From: Pirellulales bacterium
GTDB lineage: Bacteria > Planctomycetota > Planctomycetia > Pirellulales > JAICIG01
Length of the DNA: 43,517 bases
NCBI GenBank assembly: GCA_040901675.1
Contig: JBBDYJ010000001.1
Span: 1-43,517 of the forward strand
Direction of reading: 5' to 3'
The notes under the pieces were generated by a model that ran no database searches, was not told the origin of the DNA, and saw only the letters and a list, made by a program, of their open reading frames with translations. The position numbers were made by a program, and so were the translations under genes. This document shows, one piece after another, positions 26,007 to 35,526 of this stretch. Numbering within the stretch: the stretch's first letter is position 1; each line of letters starts with the position of its first letter.

Positions 26007-29000
26007 ATGATGGAACAAACGACGAACGACCAGCGGTCGCCTGACGTCTCCGCCATTTTTCGGCTGATCCGCAAGGTTCGCCGAGCGTTGCGGGGCAGTT
26101 GGGTGGCCGCCGGTCTGGCGATCACGGTGGCCCTCTACCTGGCCGCTCTGCTGGCGGTCGCCCTCTTGGATCTGCTGGTGCCGCTCTGGCCGGCGATGCG
26201 GCTGATCGGCCTGGTCGTGGTCATTGTGCCGGCCGCCTGGGCGTTGCTGACCGGCGTGCTGTTGCCGGCGGTGCGCCGCTTGGGCAACCGCCAGGTGGCC
26301 CGCCGCATCGAACGGCACCTGCCGGGCATTCACAACCGCCTGGTGAGCTGCGTCGACTTGTCCCTGGATCAAAAGCACCAAGGGCATTCGCGCGAGTTCT
26401 ATCGGCGGCTGGTCGGCGAATCGCTGGAGCGGATCCGCGGCTTCAAGCCCTCCACCGTCGTCAACCTGCGCCGTCTGCGGCGCGCGGGCATGGCGGCGGG
26501 CTGCGCGCTGCTCGCATTCCTGGCGGCCTGGGTGCTGTTGTCCGATCGGCTGCCGACGGCCATGGCCCGCATCCTGTCGCCCTTTGCCGACATTCCGCCG
26601 GCGACCGGAGTGCTGTTCACGGTCGAGCCCGGCGATGCCCGCCTGCCGCGCGGCGACGACATCCACTTCCGCGTGCAGGTCACCCGGGGGCAACCGCGCG
26701 ATCTGCGATTGGAGCTTGTTTTTCCCGGGCAGCCGATCTGGCACGAGCTGCAGGAACAGGGCGCCCGGCGCTGGACCCGCACGCTGCGAGGCATCGAAAA
26801 GTCGTTCTCGTATCGGGTGCACGGGGGCGGCACGTGGAGCCCACTGCACCACGTTACGCTGGTCGACCGCCCACGGATCGTCTCACTGGGCGCGCAAGTC
26901 CACTATCCCGCGTACCTGGGCATCACGGCGCCGCTGGAAGCGTCGCGGCAGAGTATCGACGTGACCGGTCCGGAGGATAGCCAGGTCGAGCTGCGCGTTG
27001 GCGTGGAGGGGCAAGCGGTCGATGGGGAGATCCAGATCCTGGAAAGCCGCCAGGAAAGCGTGCCGGTTTCCGAGCGTGGCGAGCGCGTCTGGTTTGTCGA
27101 CAAGATCCCCGCAGGCGCCGTCCCCGAAGGCAACTGGCAGTGGGAGCACAAGCGCTGGGACGCGGACGAATCCGAGCGCCACATGCACGGCGAGCCCCCC
27201 GCCGCCGGAGTACACGGCCATTTGTTCCATAGCGCCCGCATCCCCTTCGAAGTCCGGCCGGGCGAGCACTTGTTCGCCTACGTCTACGTGCCCGCCGATC
27301 AGCTTCCCGAAACGATCATGCTCCAATGGCACGATGGCCAGAACTGGGAACATCGCGCGTATTGGGGCCAGGACAAGATCGACGTTGGCCAGCCCGGCAC
27401 GGCCAGCCGACAACCCATGGGCCCGTTGCCCGAGCCGGGGCGATGGGTGCGCCTCGAAGTGCCCGCCAAGGCGGTCGGCCTGGAGGGCCAGGCGGTGCGC
27501 GGCATGGCCTTTACCACCAGCGGCGGCCAATGTCACTGGCACCTGGCCGGCGCACTGCCCCCTCCGCACCGCATCGAGCAGCGGTTCGTCGTCAGCAAGA
27601 CCTACCCAATCAAACCGGTGGTGGCCAGGGCAGGCGAAAAGTCCGGTAAGCAGAAGGCCGGTAAGCAAAGCACCACGGCCGGCAAGGCCCAGTGGTCGGG
27701 CCGTTTTCCGCTGGTCGGCGAGGGCCTGTATCGGGTCGAGCTGCGCAACGAGCTGGGCCATGCCAACCAGACCATGAAAGAGGCCCGCTTTGCCGCCATC
27801 GTCGACGAGCCGCCGCAAGTCACCTTGGAGCGGCCGGCGGGCGAGGTGGTGCTGAGCCAGCCGGCCAAGGTGCCGCTGGTCATCGCCGCCTACGACGACT
27901 TTGCATTGAAGGACGTCACCGTGCTGGTCGAGCGCGCCGGCAGCGGGGGGTTTCGGGGCAGTCCGTGGAAGCGGTACCAGGAGGTGGTCCGCGGCGACAC
28001 GCTGGTCGCGCCTCTCGACGTGGCTCGCTACGACCTCGAGCCGGGCGAGCAGCTCCGCTACCGGGTCGAAGTCCGCGATCGCAAGGACCAGGTTGCCCAG
28101 ACGCCCGACTTCGTCATTCGCATTGCCGCTGACGACAACGCCGCCGATCGACAACTGGCCCGCTTCGAGCAAACTCAGGACACCTTCCAGGAAAAGCTGG
28201 TCCAGCTCATCGCCGAGCAGGCCAAAATCCGCGACGAAGTGCGGAAGATGGAGGCACAGTTCGCGCCGCTCGACGACAAGATCAAAGCGGCCCAGGCACA
28301 GGCCGCCGCGGAAGCACGCCGCCAGGCCGAGACGAATCCTCAGGCTCCGCCGCCCGCCGCCGTGCTCGATCCCGACGACGCCGGGCGACTGGCCGAGCTG
28401 CGGCGCCAGTTGGGGCAATTGGCAGGGCAGGAAGAGCAGAACACGAACCTGGCGCGGCAGCTCGCCTCCGAGTTGGGCCAATCCGCTCAGCAGGCCGCCC
28501 AGCTACAAATGCTGCCTCCCGAGCTGATCGACGAGCTGCGCGCGGTCCAACAGGCGTTCGAGGGCCTGGCCGTCGCCGAGATGCAGGAGCTGGCCGGCCG
28601 CATGAGGCAGTCGTCCTCCGCGGCCGACGTCAGCGACCCGCGGCTCGACCAGCTTGGCCGCTCGACCGACCAGGTCCAGCAGCAACTGGAAGCAGTGGCT
28701 CGGCGGCTGGAGGCGCTGGCCCGCGCCCGCGAGCAGATGGCCGCCAACATCGAGCAGGCACTGGCGCAGTTGCGCGGCGACGTACTCGGACAACGGGCGG
28801 CCGATACGGCCCAGGGCTTCGGCGACCTGCAAGAGATGATCGCCGCGCTCCGCGAGCAGCTCGAGGGGTTGGAAGGCCGGCAGGCGGAGCTGCTCGATGC
28901 CACCGACGTGGTGCCCGACGTGCTGCTGAGCGACCTGGAAAAGCAGCAAGGCCGCCTCGACATCGACGCCGAGCCACCGCTGGCGCAGGCCCGCCAGTTG

Positions 29001-29861
29001 CTCGGCCGGCCGCGCCCCGGGCGGATGCGCCGCCAGTCTGGATTTGCCGATGCCCCCGCCCTGGGCGACGAGGACGAAGTGCTCGCGCCGCCCGAAGAAG
29101 ATCCGGGCGAAGCGGAAGACGGCGCTGAGGATGCCCAGGTGGAGCAAACACCCGACGACGCCGGTGAGCACGAGGAGGAAGACGAGGCTCTCTTCGAGCC
29201 GGCCTTGGGCGGCCCCCCGCCCAAGCTCGATCCGCGTTATGCCGACAAGCGCCGGACGCTTGCCGGCAGACCGCAGCCGGGGCGAGCGAGCCGCCAGGAA
29301 TTGGCCGAACGGCAGTTCGAGCAGCTCAAGGCGCTCAACTTGAGCCAGCAAAGCCTGGCCTCGGATGAGGCCTCGCTCGAGCGGCTATTGGCCCAGTTCG
29401 AGCGGATACTGGGCCACGACCGCACGCCGGTGAGAGGCGAGCCGCCGTCGCAGCCAGCCGGGTCGCAGGACGTACAGCCCGGCGATGCCGAGCTTGGCCG
29501 GCTGATGCAGTCGCCCGAAGTCGAGAAGGCCCTGGCACTGGCCGAGCGTGTCGAGCAGTTGCGCAGCGCCCTGGCCGCTGCACGGGCCGCCGAGGGCCAG
29601 CCAGCCCAGTCGCAGGATCAAAGCTCCTCACCGCTGGCCGGGGCGAGGCTGGGCAGCCTGCGGCGCCTCACCAGCAGCGGCCAGGTGGTTGACGCGGAGC
29701 TGGCACAGCTCGATCCGGCCACGCGCGGCATGATCCTGAAGATGCAGCCCCAGATGCGCGAAGAGCTGCTGCAAGGCATGCGCGAGCAGGGTCCGGAAGG
29801 CTACCGCCAGTTTATCCAGGATTACTTCCAACGCCTGAGCAGGGTCAAGGCGCTCGACTGA
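26007..29861 (+). CDS. Large membrane-anchored protein (DUF4175-like): TM helices, Ig-like domains, coiled coil
   Basis: GGAG before ATG 26007/26010. TM helices, ARRIE...NRLVS, D.PPQV...AYDDFAL, long Q/E/A-rich coiled coil, C-terminal PEGYRQFIQDYFQRL. Confidence 0.85.
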   Translation: MMEQTTNDQRSPDVSAIFRLIRKVRRALRGSWVAAGLAITVALYLAALLAVALLDLLVPLWPAMRLIGLVVVIVPAAWALLTGVLLPAVRRLGNRQVARRIERHLPGIHNRLVSCVDLSLDQKHQGHSREFYRRLVGESLERIRGFKPSTVVNLRRLRRAGMAAGCALLAFLAAWVLLSDRLPTAMARILSPFADIPPATGVLFTVEPGDARLPRGDDIHFRVQVTRGQPRDLRLELVFPGQPIWHELQEQGARRWTRTLRGIEKSFSYRVHGGGTWSPLHHVTLVDRPRIVSLGAQVHYPAYLGITAPLEASRQSIDVTGPEDSQVELRVGVEGQAVDGEIQILESRQESVPVSERGERVWFVDKIPAGAVPEGNWQWEHKRWDADESERHMHGEPPAAGVHGHLFHSARIPFEVRPGEHLFAYVYVPADQLPETIMLQWHDGQNWEHRAYWGQDKIDVGQPGTASRQPMGPLPEPGRWVRLEVPAKAVGLEGQAVRGMAFTTSGGQCHWHLAGALPPPHRIEQRFVVSKTYPIKPVVARAGEKSGKQKAGKQSTTAGKAQWSGRFPLVGEGLYRVELRNELGHANQTMKEARFAAIVDEPPQVTLERPAGEVVLSQPAKVPLVIAAYDDFALKDVTVLVERAGSGGFRGSPWKRYQEVVRGDTLVAPLDVARYDLEPGEQLRYRVEVRDRKDQVAQTPDFVIRIAADDNAADRQLARFEQTQDTFQEKLVQLIAEQAKIRDEVRKMEAQFAPLDDKIKAAQAQAAAEARRQAETNPQAPPPAAVLDPDDAGRLAELRRQLGQLAGQEEQNTNLARQLASELGQSAQQAAQLQMLPPELIDELRAVQQAFEGLAVAEMQELAGRMRQSSSAADVSDPRLDQLGRSTDQVQQQLEAVARRLEALARAREQMAANIEQALAQLRGDVLGQRAADTAQGFGDLQEMIAALREQLEGLEGRQAELLDATDVVPDVLLSDLEKQQGRLDIDAEPPLAQARQLLGRPRPGRMRRQSGFADAPALGDEDEVLAPPEEDPGEAEDGAEDAQVEQTPDDAGEHEEEDEALFEPALGGPPPKLDPRYADKRRTLAGRPQPGRASRQELAERQFEQLKALNLSQQSLASDEASLERLLAQFERILGHDRTPVRGEPPSQPAGSQDVQPGDAELGRLMQSPEVEKALALAERVEQLRSALAAARAAEGQPAQSQDQSSSPLAGARLGSLRRLTSSGQVVDAELAQLDPATRGMILKMQPQMREELLQGMREQGPEGYRQFIQDYFQRLSRVKALD

Positions 29862-29867
29862 CGTTCA

Positions 29868-32420
29868 ATGACCGAATGGCTTCTCAGAAAAATCGGCGTC
29901 GACGAAGAGATCCGGGCCCACCTGGACCAGGCGGAGCTGGTATTCCAGCGGCCGGTGCTCGTGTGGCTCGGCCTGGCGCTGCTGATTCCGTTGGGCTGGT
30001 ACATCTATCAGCGGCAGCGGTCGAACCTGGCCAGCGCCCCGCCCGCGCTGGCCCGGGCGCTGACGGCCACGCGCGTCGTCATCCTGCTCGTTCTGGTGCT
30101 GATCCTGGCGGGACCATATCTCCGGCTCCACCAGCGGCTGGAAAAGAAACCGATCGTCGCCCTGCTGTTCGACCACTCGCAAAGCATGGGTCTGCCGGCC
30201 GGCCCATTCGAAAGCGACGAAGAATTGCTCCGCGTGGCGGCCGCGGCCGGCTACCAGGCTGCCGGATCGGAGGAGAATGGCGTTACGGGCGCCACCGGCG
30301 CCCAGCTCGACCCCGAGACGCGCAAGCTGTTCAACCAGGTGACTCGCGCGCAACTGGCTCGCGACGCGGTCGAAGCGCGGTCCGAGAGCTGGCTGGCCGC
30401 GTTGACCGGCAAGTTCGAGCTGCGGTGTTACGCACTGACCGGCGATCTGGCGCCGATCACGGCCGGCAACTCGCTCGCCGCAGGCAAGCTCGATCTGCCC
30501 CAGCCCAGCGCCGACGGTCCGGAAACCCACCTGGGCGATGGGCTGGCGGCGGTCCTCGAAGAAGCTGCCGGCCGACCGGTGGCGGGCATCGTGTTGTTCT
30601 CCGACGGCCAGAACACGGGAGGGCGCTCGCCACAGGCCGCGGCACGAGCGGCGGCCGGGGAAAGGACGACGATTCTGGCCGTGCCGGTGGGTTCGTCGTC
30701 GCCGATCCGCGACATCGCGGTGGTCGACGTTTTCGCCCCCGACCTGGTCTCCGTCGGGGATACGGTCCACGTTTCGGTGACGGTCGAAGTGCAGGGTTAT
30801 CCGCAGCAGGCTGTCAAGGTGGAATTGCTCGATGGCGCCGCCGGCGATCCACCGCCCGCCCCGCTCGATTCCAAAGAACTGCTGCTCAAGAGCAGCGAGC
30901 AGCAGCACGTCGATCTGGCCTTCCAGGCCGACAAGCCAGGCGCCCGCACGCTGACGGTCCGATTGCAGCCGGTGGGTCAGCTCAGCGAGGACCTGGCCGA
31001 CAACAACGCCGACACGGTGATGGTCCGCGTCAGCGATGAAAAACTGCGCATCCTGTATGTCGAGGGACTGCCGCGCTGGGATTTTCGTTTCTTGAAGAAT
31101 GCCATGCGGCGCGACCACGGGCTGGGGGGCAGGGGGCTGGCTGGTGAACTGGCCGCGGCACCCGGCGTGCCCGCTGCCGCGCCGCCGGCCGCGGATCAGA
31201 CCGGGCAGCCGCCGGCCGCCGGCCCGACCACGCCGAGCGGCAACACGGACCAGCCCGATATTGTGCTGGAGGCTGAAGTCCGGCGCTTGCCCGCCGACGA
31301 GCAGGCCGTGCTGCCTGCATCCCTTGACGACCTGGCCCAGTATCACACGGTGGTGCTGGGCGACGTATCGCCCAACCTGGTCGATTCCAAGTTCGTCGAG
31401 CTGTTGGCGCAAGCGGTCCGCGAGCGCGGTTTGGGGCTGCTGGTGGCGGCCGGTCCGCTGGCCATGCCGCACGCCTTTGGCCAGCCGCTCCTGGACCTGC
31501 TGCCGGTGCGAGTAAAACGCGGCGCGGCGGGAATGGAAGCGCCGGTGCATAGGCCTTTCCGGATCGAGATCAGCCCTGACGGCGCGATCCACGAATCGAC
31601 GCGGCTCTACGACGAACCGGGCCGCAACCAGAGCGTGTGGTCGCACATGCCGTCGTATTATTGGTGCGCGGCGGCCGAGCGGGCGTCGCCGGCGGCCACC
31701 GTGCTGGCCTACAACTCAAGCGTCGAGGGCCGCTACGGCAAGCTGCCGCTGGTGGCCCATCACTATGCGGGCCAAGGCAAAGTGATGTTTGTCGGCACCG
31801 ATTCGACCTGGCTCTGGCGGCAGAACGTGGGCGAGCGTTTCTTCTACAAGTTCTGGGGCCAGGCGATCCGCTACGTGGCCCGCCGCGACACGAACCAACT
31901 GGCCAAAAAGAGCTGGCTGGAAGTTCGGCCGGTCAAGGCACGGCCTGGTGAACAGGCGCGGCTGGAGCTGATGGCTTTCTCGGCCGACGGCTCTCCTCGC
32001 CGCGAGCCGACCCTCGCGGTGGCGGTCGCGGACGACGCCGGCGCGGGCAGCGTCGAAATGACGGCCGACAAAAGCTTGCCGGGGCGTTACGTGGGGCGAT
32101 TCAGCCCCCGCCGCGTCGGCACCTATCGCTTCGTCTTCGAGCCGGGCGGCTCCCTGGATCCGGTCGAGGCCCACATGCACGTGCATCGCTCGACCGAGGA
32201 GCTGCGGCGGGCCAACGTCAACGTGGATGCATTGGCCCAGCTCGGCAGCCTGGTGCAGCTCGATGAGCTCGATTCGATCCCCAGCCGGCTCAGCGGACAA
32301 CCCAAGTTGAGCGAACTGTATCGCGAGGCCAGCATCTGGGACAACTGGCTTACGCTGACGCTGCTGGCGCTCGTCTATTCGTTGGACGTCGGGCTGCGCC
32401 GATTGGCCGGTTTATCATGA
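29868..32420 (+). CDS. vWA + glutamine-amidotransferase-like membrane protein
   Basis: Two N-terminal TM helices. MIDAS DHSQSM...ETHLG...FSDG. Motifs ILYVEGLPRWDFRFL, TDSTWLWR. C-terminal TM followed by LRRLAGL. Confidence 0.88.
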   Translation: MTEWLLRKIGVDEEIRAHLDQAELVFQRPVLVWLGLALLIPLGWYIYQRQRSNLASAPPALARALTATRVVILLVLVLILAGPYLRLHQRLEKKPIVALLFDHSQSMGLPAGPFESDEELLRVAAAAGYQAAGSEENGVTGATGAQLDPETRKLFNQVTRAQLARDAVEARSESWLAALTGKFELRCYALTGDLAPITAGNSLAAGKLDLPQPSADGPETHLGDGLAAVLEEAAGRPVAGIVLFSDGQNTGGRSPQAAARAAAGERTTILAVPVGSSSPIRDIAVVDVFAPDLVSVGDTVHVSVTVEVQGYPQQAVKVELLDGAAGDPPPAPLDSKELLLKSSEQQHVDLAFQADKPGARTLTVRLQPVGQLSEDLADNNADTVMVRVSDEKLRILYVEGLPRWDFRFLKNAMRRDHGLGGRGLAGELAAAPGVPAAAPPAADQTGQPPAAGPTTPSGNTDQPDIVLEAEVRRLPADEQAVLPASLDDLAQYHTVVLGDVSPNLVDSKFVELLAQAVRERGLGLLVAAGPLAMPHAFGQPLLDLLPVRVKRGAAGMEAPVHRPFRIEISPDGAIHESTRLYDEPGRNQSVWSHMPSYYWCAAAERASPAATVLAYNSSVEGRYGKLPLVAHHYAGQGKVMFVGTDSTWLWRQNVGERFFYKFWGQAIRYVARRDTNQLAKKSWLEVRPVKARPGEQARLELMAFSADGSPRREPTLAVAVADDAGAGSVEMTADKSLPGRYVGRFSPRRVGTYRFVFEPGGSLDPVEAHMHVHRSTEELRRANVNVDALAQLGSLVQLDELDSIPSRLSGQPKLSELYREASIWDNWLTLTLLALVYSLDVGLRRLAGLS

Positions 32421-32430
32421 AGGTCGTGCC

Positions 32431-33516
32431 ATGACCAAAACCATGAGCTCTCGTCCATGCCCCCGGCTGCTGCTGGTGGCCGCTTGCTGCTCGGCTGCCG
32501 CCTCCACGGCTTTTGCCCAGGATCGTCCGCCGGCCGAGCAGCCGGCGCAGACCGCCGAGACACTCACCGAGACCCGAATCATCGAGCAGGTCACCGCTGC
32601 GGTCGACAAGTCGCTGGAGTACCTGGCCGCTCAGCAGCGCCCGGACGGCGCCTGGCACAACAACAACGCCGCCAATGCACTGGCGCTGCTGGCCTTCATG
32701 GGGCGGGGGCACGTGCCGGGCCGCGGTCCCTACCGCGAGGTGCTCGAGCGGGGCAAGAAATTCATCCTTTCCACGCAGCAGCCCAACGGCATGTTCGCTT
32801 CGCCGCAGCCATCGCACGGCCCGATGTACGAGCATGCCTTGACCACGTTGGCCTGCGCCGAGCTCTACGGCATGGACCCCGATCCCGCGCTGGAGCGAGG
32901 CCTGCGGCTGGCAGTCGACCTGATCGTGGCGGCCCAATCGCCTACCGGAGGCTGGCGTTACCAGCCGCAGCCGAGCGACGCCGACTTGAGCGTCACGGTG
33001 ATGCAGATTGTGGCTTTGCGGGCGGCCAACAACGCCGAAGTGCCGGTGCCGGCCGCCACGATCGAGAAGGCCGTCGGTTACGTGATGTCGTGTGCCCATC
33101 CGTCGGGCGGTTTTTCGTATCAGCCCGGTGGAGGTCCCAACCACCAGATGAGCGCGGCGGGGGTTCTCTCGCTGCAGTTGCTGGGCCGGTACGACGAGCC
33201 GGCCGTTGTCAAGGCGCTCGACTACCTGGCGCCGACGAACGTCCAGTGGGAGGCGGGGCCGACGCCGTACTTCTATTACTTCCATTACTATGCCATCCAG
33301 AGCCATTACCAGGCCGGCGGCAAGTACTGGAACGACTGGCACCCGAAAGTGCGCGAGTTGTTGCTGAGCAGGCAGAACCACGATGGAAGTTGGGAGGTGC
33401 CGGGCGGCACCTCGGAGGGAGAGGGAGTGGTCGGCCCCAACAAGGTCTACTGGACCGCGATGGCCTCGCTGGTGCTGGAGGTCTACATGCACTTTCTGCC
33501 CGCCTACCAGCGATGA
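32431..33516 (+). CDS. Secreted prenyltransferase/squalene-oxidase-repeat (alpha6/alpha6 barrel) protein
   Basis: Signal peptide. QW-type repeats YLAAQQRPDGAW, IVAAQSPTGGWRY, LLSRQNHDGSW. Motifs MYEHALTTLA, DLSVT, YYFHYY. Confidence 0.9.
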   Translation: MTKTMSSRPCPRLLLVAACCSAAASTAFAQDRPPAEQPAQTAETLTETRIIEQVTAAVDKSLEYLAAQQRPDGAWHNNNAANALALLAFMGRGHVPGRGPYREVLERGKKFILSTQQPNGMFASPQPSHGPMYEHALTTLACAELYGMDPDPALERGLRLAVDLIVAAQSPTGGWRYQPQPSDADLSVTVMQIVALRAANNAEVPVPAATIEKAVGYVMSCAHPSGGFSYQPGGGPNHQMSAAGVLSLQLLGRYDEPAVVKALDYLAPTNVQWEAGPTPYFYYFHYYAIQSHYQAGGKYWNDWHPKVRELLLSRQNHDGSWEVPGGTSEGEGVVGPNKVYWTAMASLVLEVYMHFLPAYQR

Positions 33517-33851
33517 CGCCGCGCTGCCGCGGGACTTTGCAAAGTGGCCCTTGGGCCGGGCGGCGGCTGGCCGCCAACCTCCTCCGGGTGCGGGTGCTTA
33601 TCTATCCATTTTGGTCGCCCGGCCCTCTACCAAGTCGGGGCGGGCGGCGGGTGGAAGACGACCGCCAGGTGCGCCTGCTCGCCGTAACCGCCCGACAGAC
33701 CGGGCCTTAAGAGCAACGTGCCAACATTGGGTGGGCTGTGACCACTGACGTCAGGCACGCTGTTTGCGGCTTAGCGACGTTTGCTGAGAGTCGGCCGGGG
33801 CCGGCAACGGCCCGGTCGGTTTACCGAAGGGGCATGGCCCAGAACTGGTGA

Positions 33852-34202
33852 ATGATGAACGCCGTACTCGTCGGATTGGACTCTCGCACTCGACCGTTGG
33901 AGTTGCACCTGGCCCGGCTGCCGGTGATCCTGGGGCGCGGACCGGATGCGGACATTCGTCTGGACGACCATTGGATCAGCCGCCGGCATTGCCTGCTCGA
34001 GGAGCATCACGGCGCGCTCGTGGTGCGCGACCTGGGCTCAAAGAACGGCACGCTGGTCAACAACCAAACCATCCACGAGGCAAAGCTGCTGCCCGGCGAC
34101 GAGCTGAGCTTGGGGCTGTGCACCTTCCGGGCGGAATACGAGCCCAGCGCGAGCGATTCGGTACCCTCCGCGGGCTCGCCCGTGGAAGCTACCAGCTCTT
34201 GA
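33852..34202 (+). CDS. FHA domain protein
   Basis: Motifs ILGR, ISRRHC, VRDLGSKNGTLVN, LLPGDELSLG. Confidence 0.92.
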   Translation: MMNAVLVGLDSRTRPLELHLARLPVILGRGPDADIRLDDHWISRRHCLLEEHHGALVVRDLGSKNGTLVNNQTIHEAKLLPGDELSLGLCTFRAEYEPSASDSVPSAGSPVEATSS

Positions 34203-34584
34203 ACACGGCAAATACCAGCCCCACGGCGCCCAAGAGGCCCAGGATGGCCAGCCAACTGCGAATGCTCCTCAAGTGGGCGCACGTCTCGGCCAGTTGAGCT
34301 TCCTGCCGGTGAAGCGCTTCGACCACCGCCAGCAGGTCCTTGCGCTCTTCGGTCAGCAGGTCGTCGAGCGTGGCCGCCTTCGTCGGCTCGAAGAGTTTAG
34401 AGATCGGCGGAGGAGGAGCCGCATCGGCGGCTTCGTCGGCGGCCGGCCCCGCCGTGCCATGCGGCTGAAAATACCCTCCGCACTGCGGGCAAGTAAGCAC
34501 TTGCTCTCCGCCAGGCGGCACTTCGGTGTACGGAGCGTCGCAATGCGGGCAGGAGATCCGCTGCTCTGTGAGTTGATCCGGCAT
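34189..34584 (-). CDS. Zinc-ribbon protein with C-terminal TM anchor
   Basis: CPHC...CPQC. RBS GGGGAGG before ATG 34584. Hydrophobic C-terminus. Confidence 0.75.
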   Translation of the reverse strand: MPDQLTEQRISCPHCDAPYTEVPPGGEQVLTCPQCGGYFQPHGTAGPAADEAADAAPPPPISKLFEPTKAATLDDLLTEERKDLLAVVEALHRQEAQLAETCAHLRSIRSWLAILGLLGAVGLVFAVFKSW

Positions 34585-34682
34585 AGGCGGCCTCCCCAAG
34601 GACCCTGCTTCGATGCGCCACTCACCCTAGCCGCTGGAGGATCGCCAGGCAAGAAAAAACCCAAGGAAGAAGGCCAGCCGGT

Positions 34683-34741
34683 TGTGCCACTGCTTGGAGG
34701 ACACGGCCTTGCCGTCCGCCGAAGGCGGAAGAAGCAGTGCC
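34683..34741 (+). repeat. REP-like palindromic element (third copy)
   Basis: TGTGCCACTGCTTGGAGG...GTCCGCCGAAGGCGGAAGAAGCAGTGCC. Outer arms CACTGCTT/AAGCAGTG and inner hairpin CCGCC-GAA-GGCGG. Confidence 0.75.
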
Positions 34742-34883
34742 CGCTGCGCATCGCTTAGCTCGGCACCGGTGCCTGGCAAAGTCCCGGCGCGCCGATGCCC
34801 CCGTTGTGAGGCTGGAGGCTGCCTTCTATGTTTGGCCCGCCAGTTCGATAAAGCGGGCCGCCGGTCTGTTCCAGCATCTTCGT

Positions 34884-35395
34884 GGGACGCAGCTCAAATG
34901 TTGACGAACGGGGTCTGTGCGGCTAGCGTGGGGGCATGCCACGAACTGGCCGGATTGCCCCTGGCGGGATGGTTTTCCACGCGATCAATCGGGCGGTCGC
35001 CAGATTGCCGCTCCTGGTCAAAGACGACGATTACCTTGCCTTTGAAAAGGTGCTCGACGAAGCGCTCGAGCGGCACCCGACGCGGCTGCTCGGCTATTGC
35101 CTGATGCCGAACCACTGGCACATGGTGCTTTGGCCTCGAAAGGATGGCGAGTTGATGGCCTTCCTGCGCTGGGTTGCTCGCTTGCATCGGTGGCCGATCA
35201 GCATGCCGCCGCAGTGGTTGGCGCGGGTGAATCGGCCGCAGCGCGAGGCGGAACTGGCCGCCCTTCGCTCGGTGAACCGCGGCGCGCCCTTCGGATCGCC
35301 AGCCTGGCAGCGTCGAACTGCCCGCCGTTTGGGGCTTCAATACACTCTCCGCCCTCGCGGTCGCCCGCGCAAGGCAAAACAATGAGCTGCGCCCC
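34884..35395 (+). mobile_element. Inverted-repeat-bounded Y1/RAYT transposase unit (defective)
   Basis: GGGACGCAGCTCA (34884..34896) and TGAGCTGCGCCCC (35383..35395) are 12/13 inverted. Between them lie TTGACG-17 bp-TAGCGT (34901..34929) and the transposase remnant. Confidence 0.65.
34936..35385 (+). pseudogene. REP-associated tyrosine transposase (RAYT, IS200-like Y1) with in-frame internal deletion
   Basis: Retains FHAINR, YCLMPNHWH (HUH) and C-terminal RGAPFGS...RPRGRPRK. The central QGRFKS and catalytic Y..RN segments typical of the family are absent. Confidence 0.82.
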
Positions 35396-35526
35396 CTTTC
35401 CCCTTCCGAGACACTTCTCTGGCGCGACGCGCTCAATCGCAAAGATTTGCCGTACACCGCGTTTCAGGTGAAATAGCGGGTGCCGGTGTGTGACGACATT
35501 AAACGCCGAAATTCAAATCGACTCGC

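Noticed and set aside
23504..26125. 873-aa minus-strand ORF
   Set aside because: Antisense shadow of the BatA/vWA gene.
32431..33516. Squalene-hopene cyclase
   Set aside because: Single barrel of 361 aa with a signal peptide and no DxDD motif. True SHC enzymes are two-domain and much longer.
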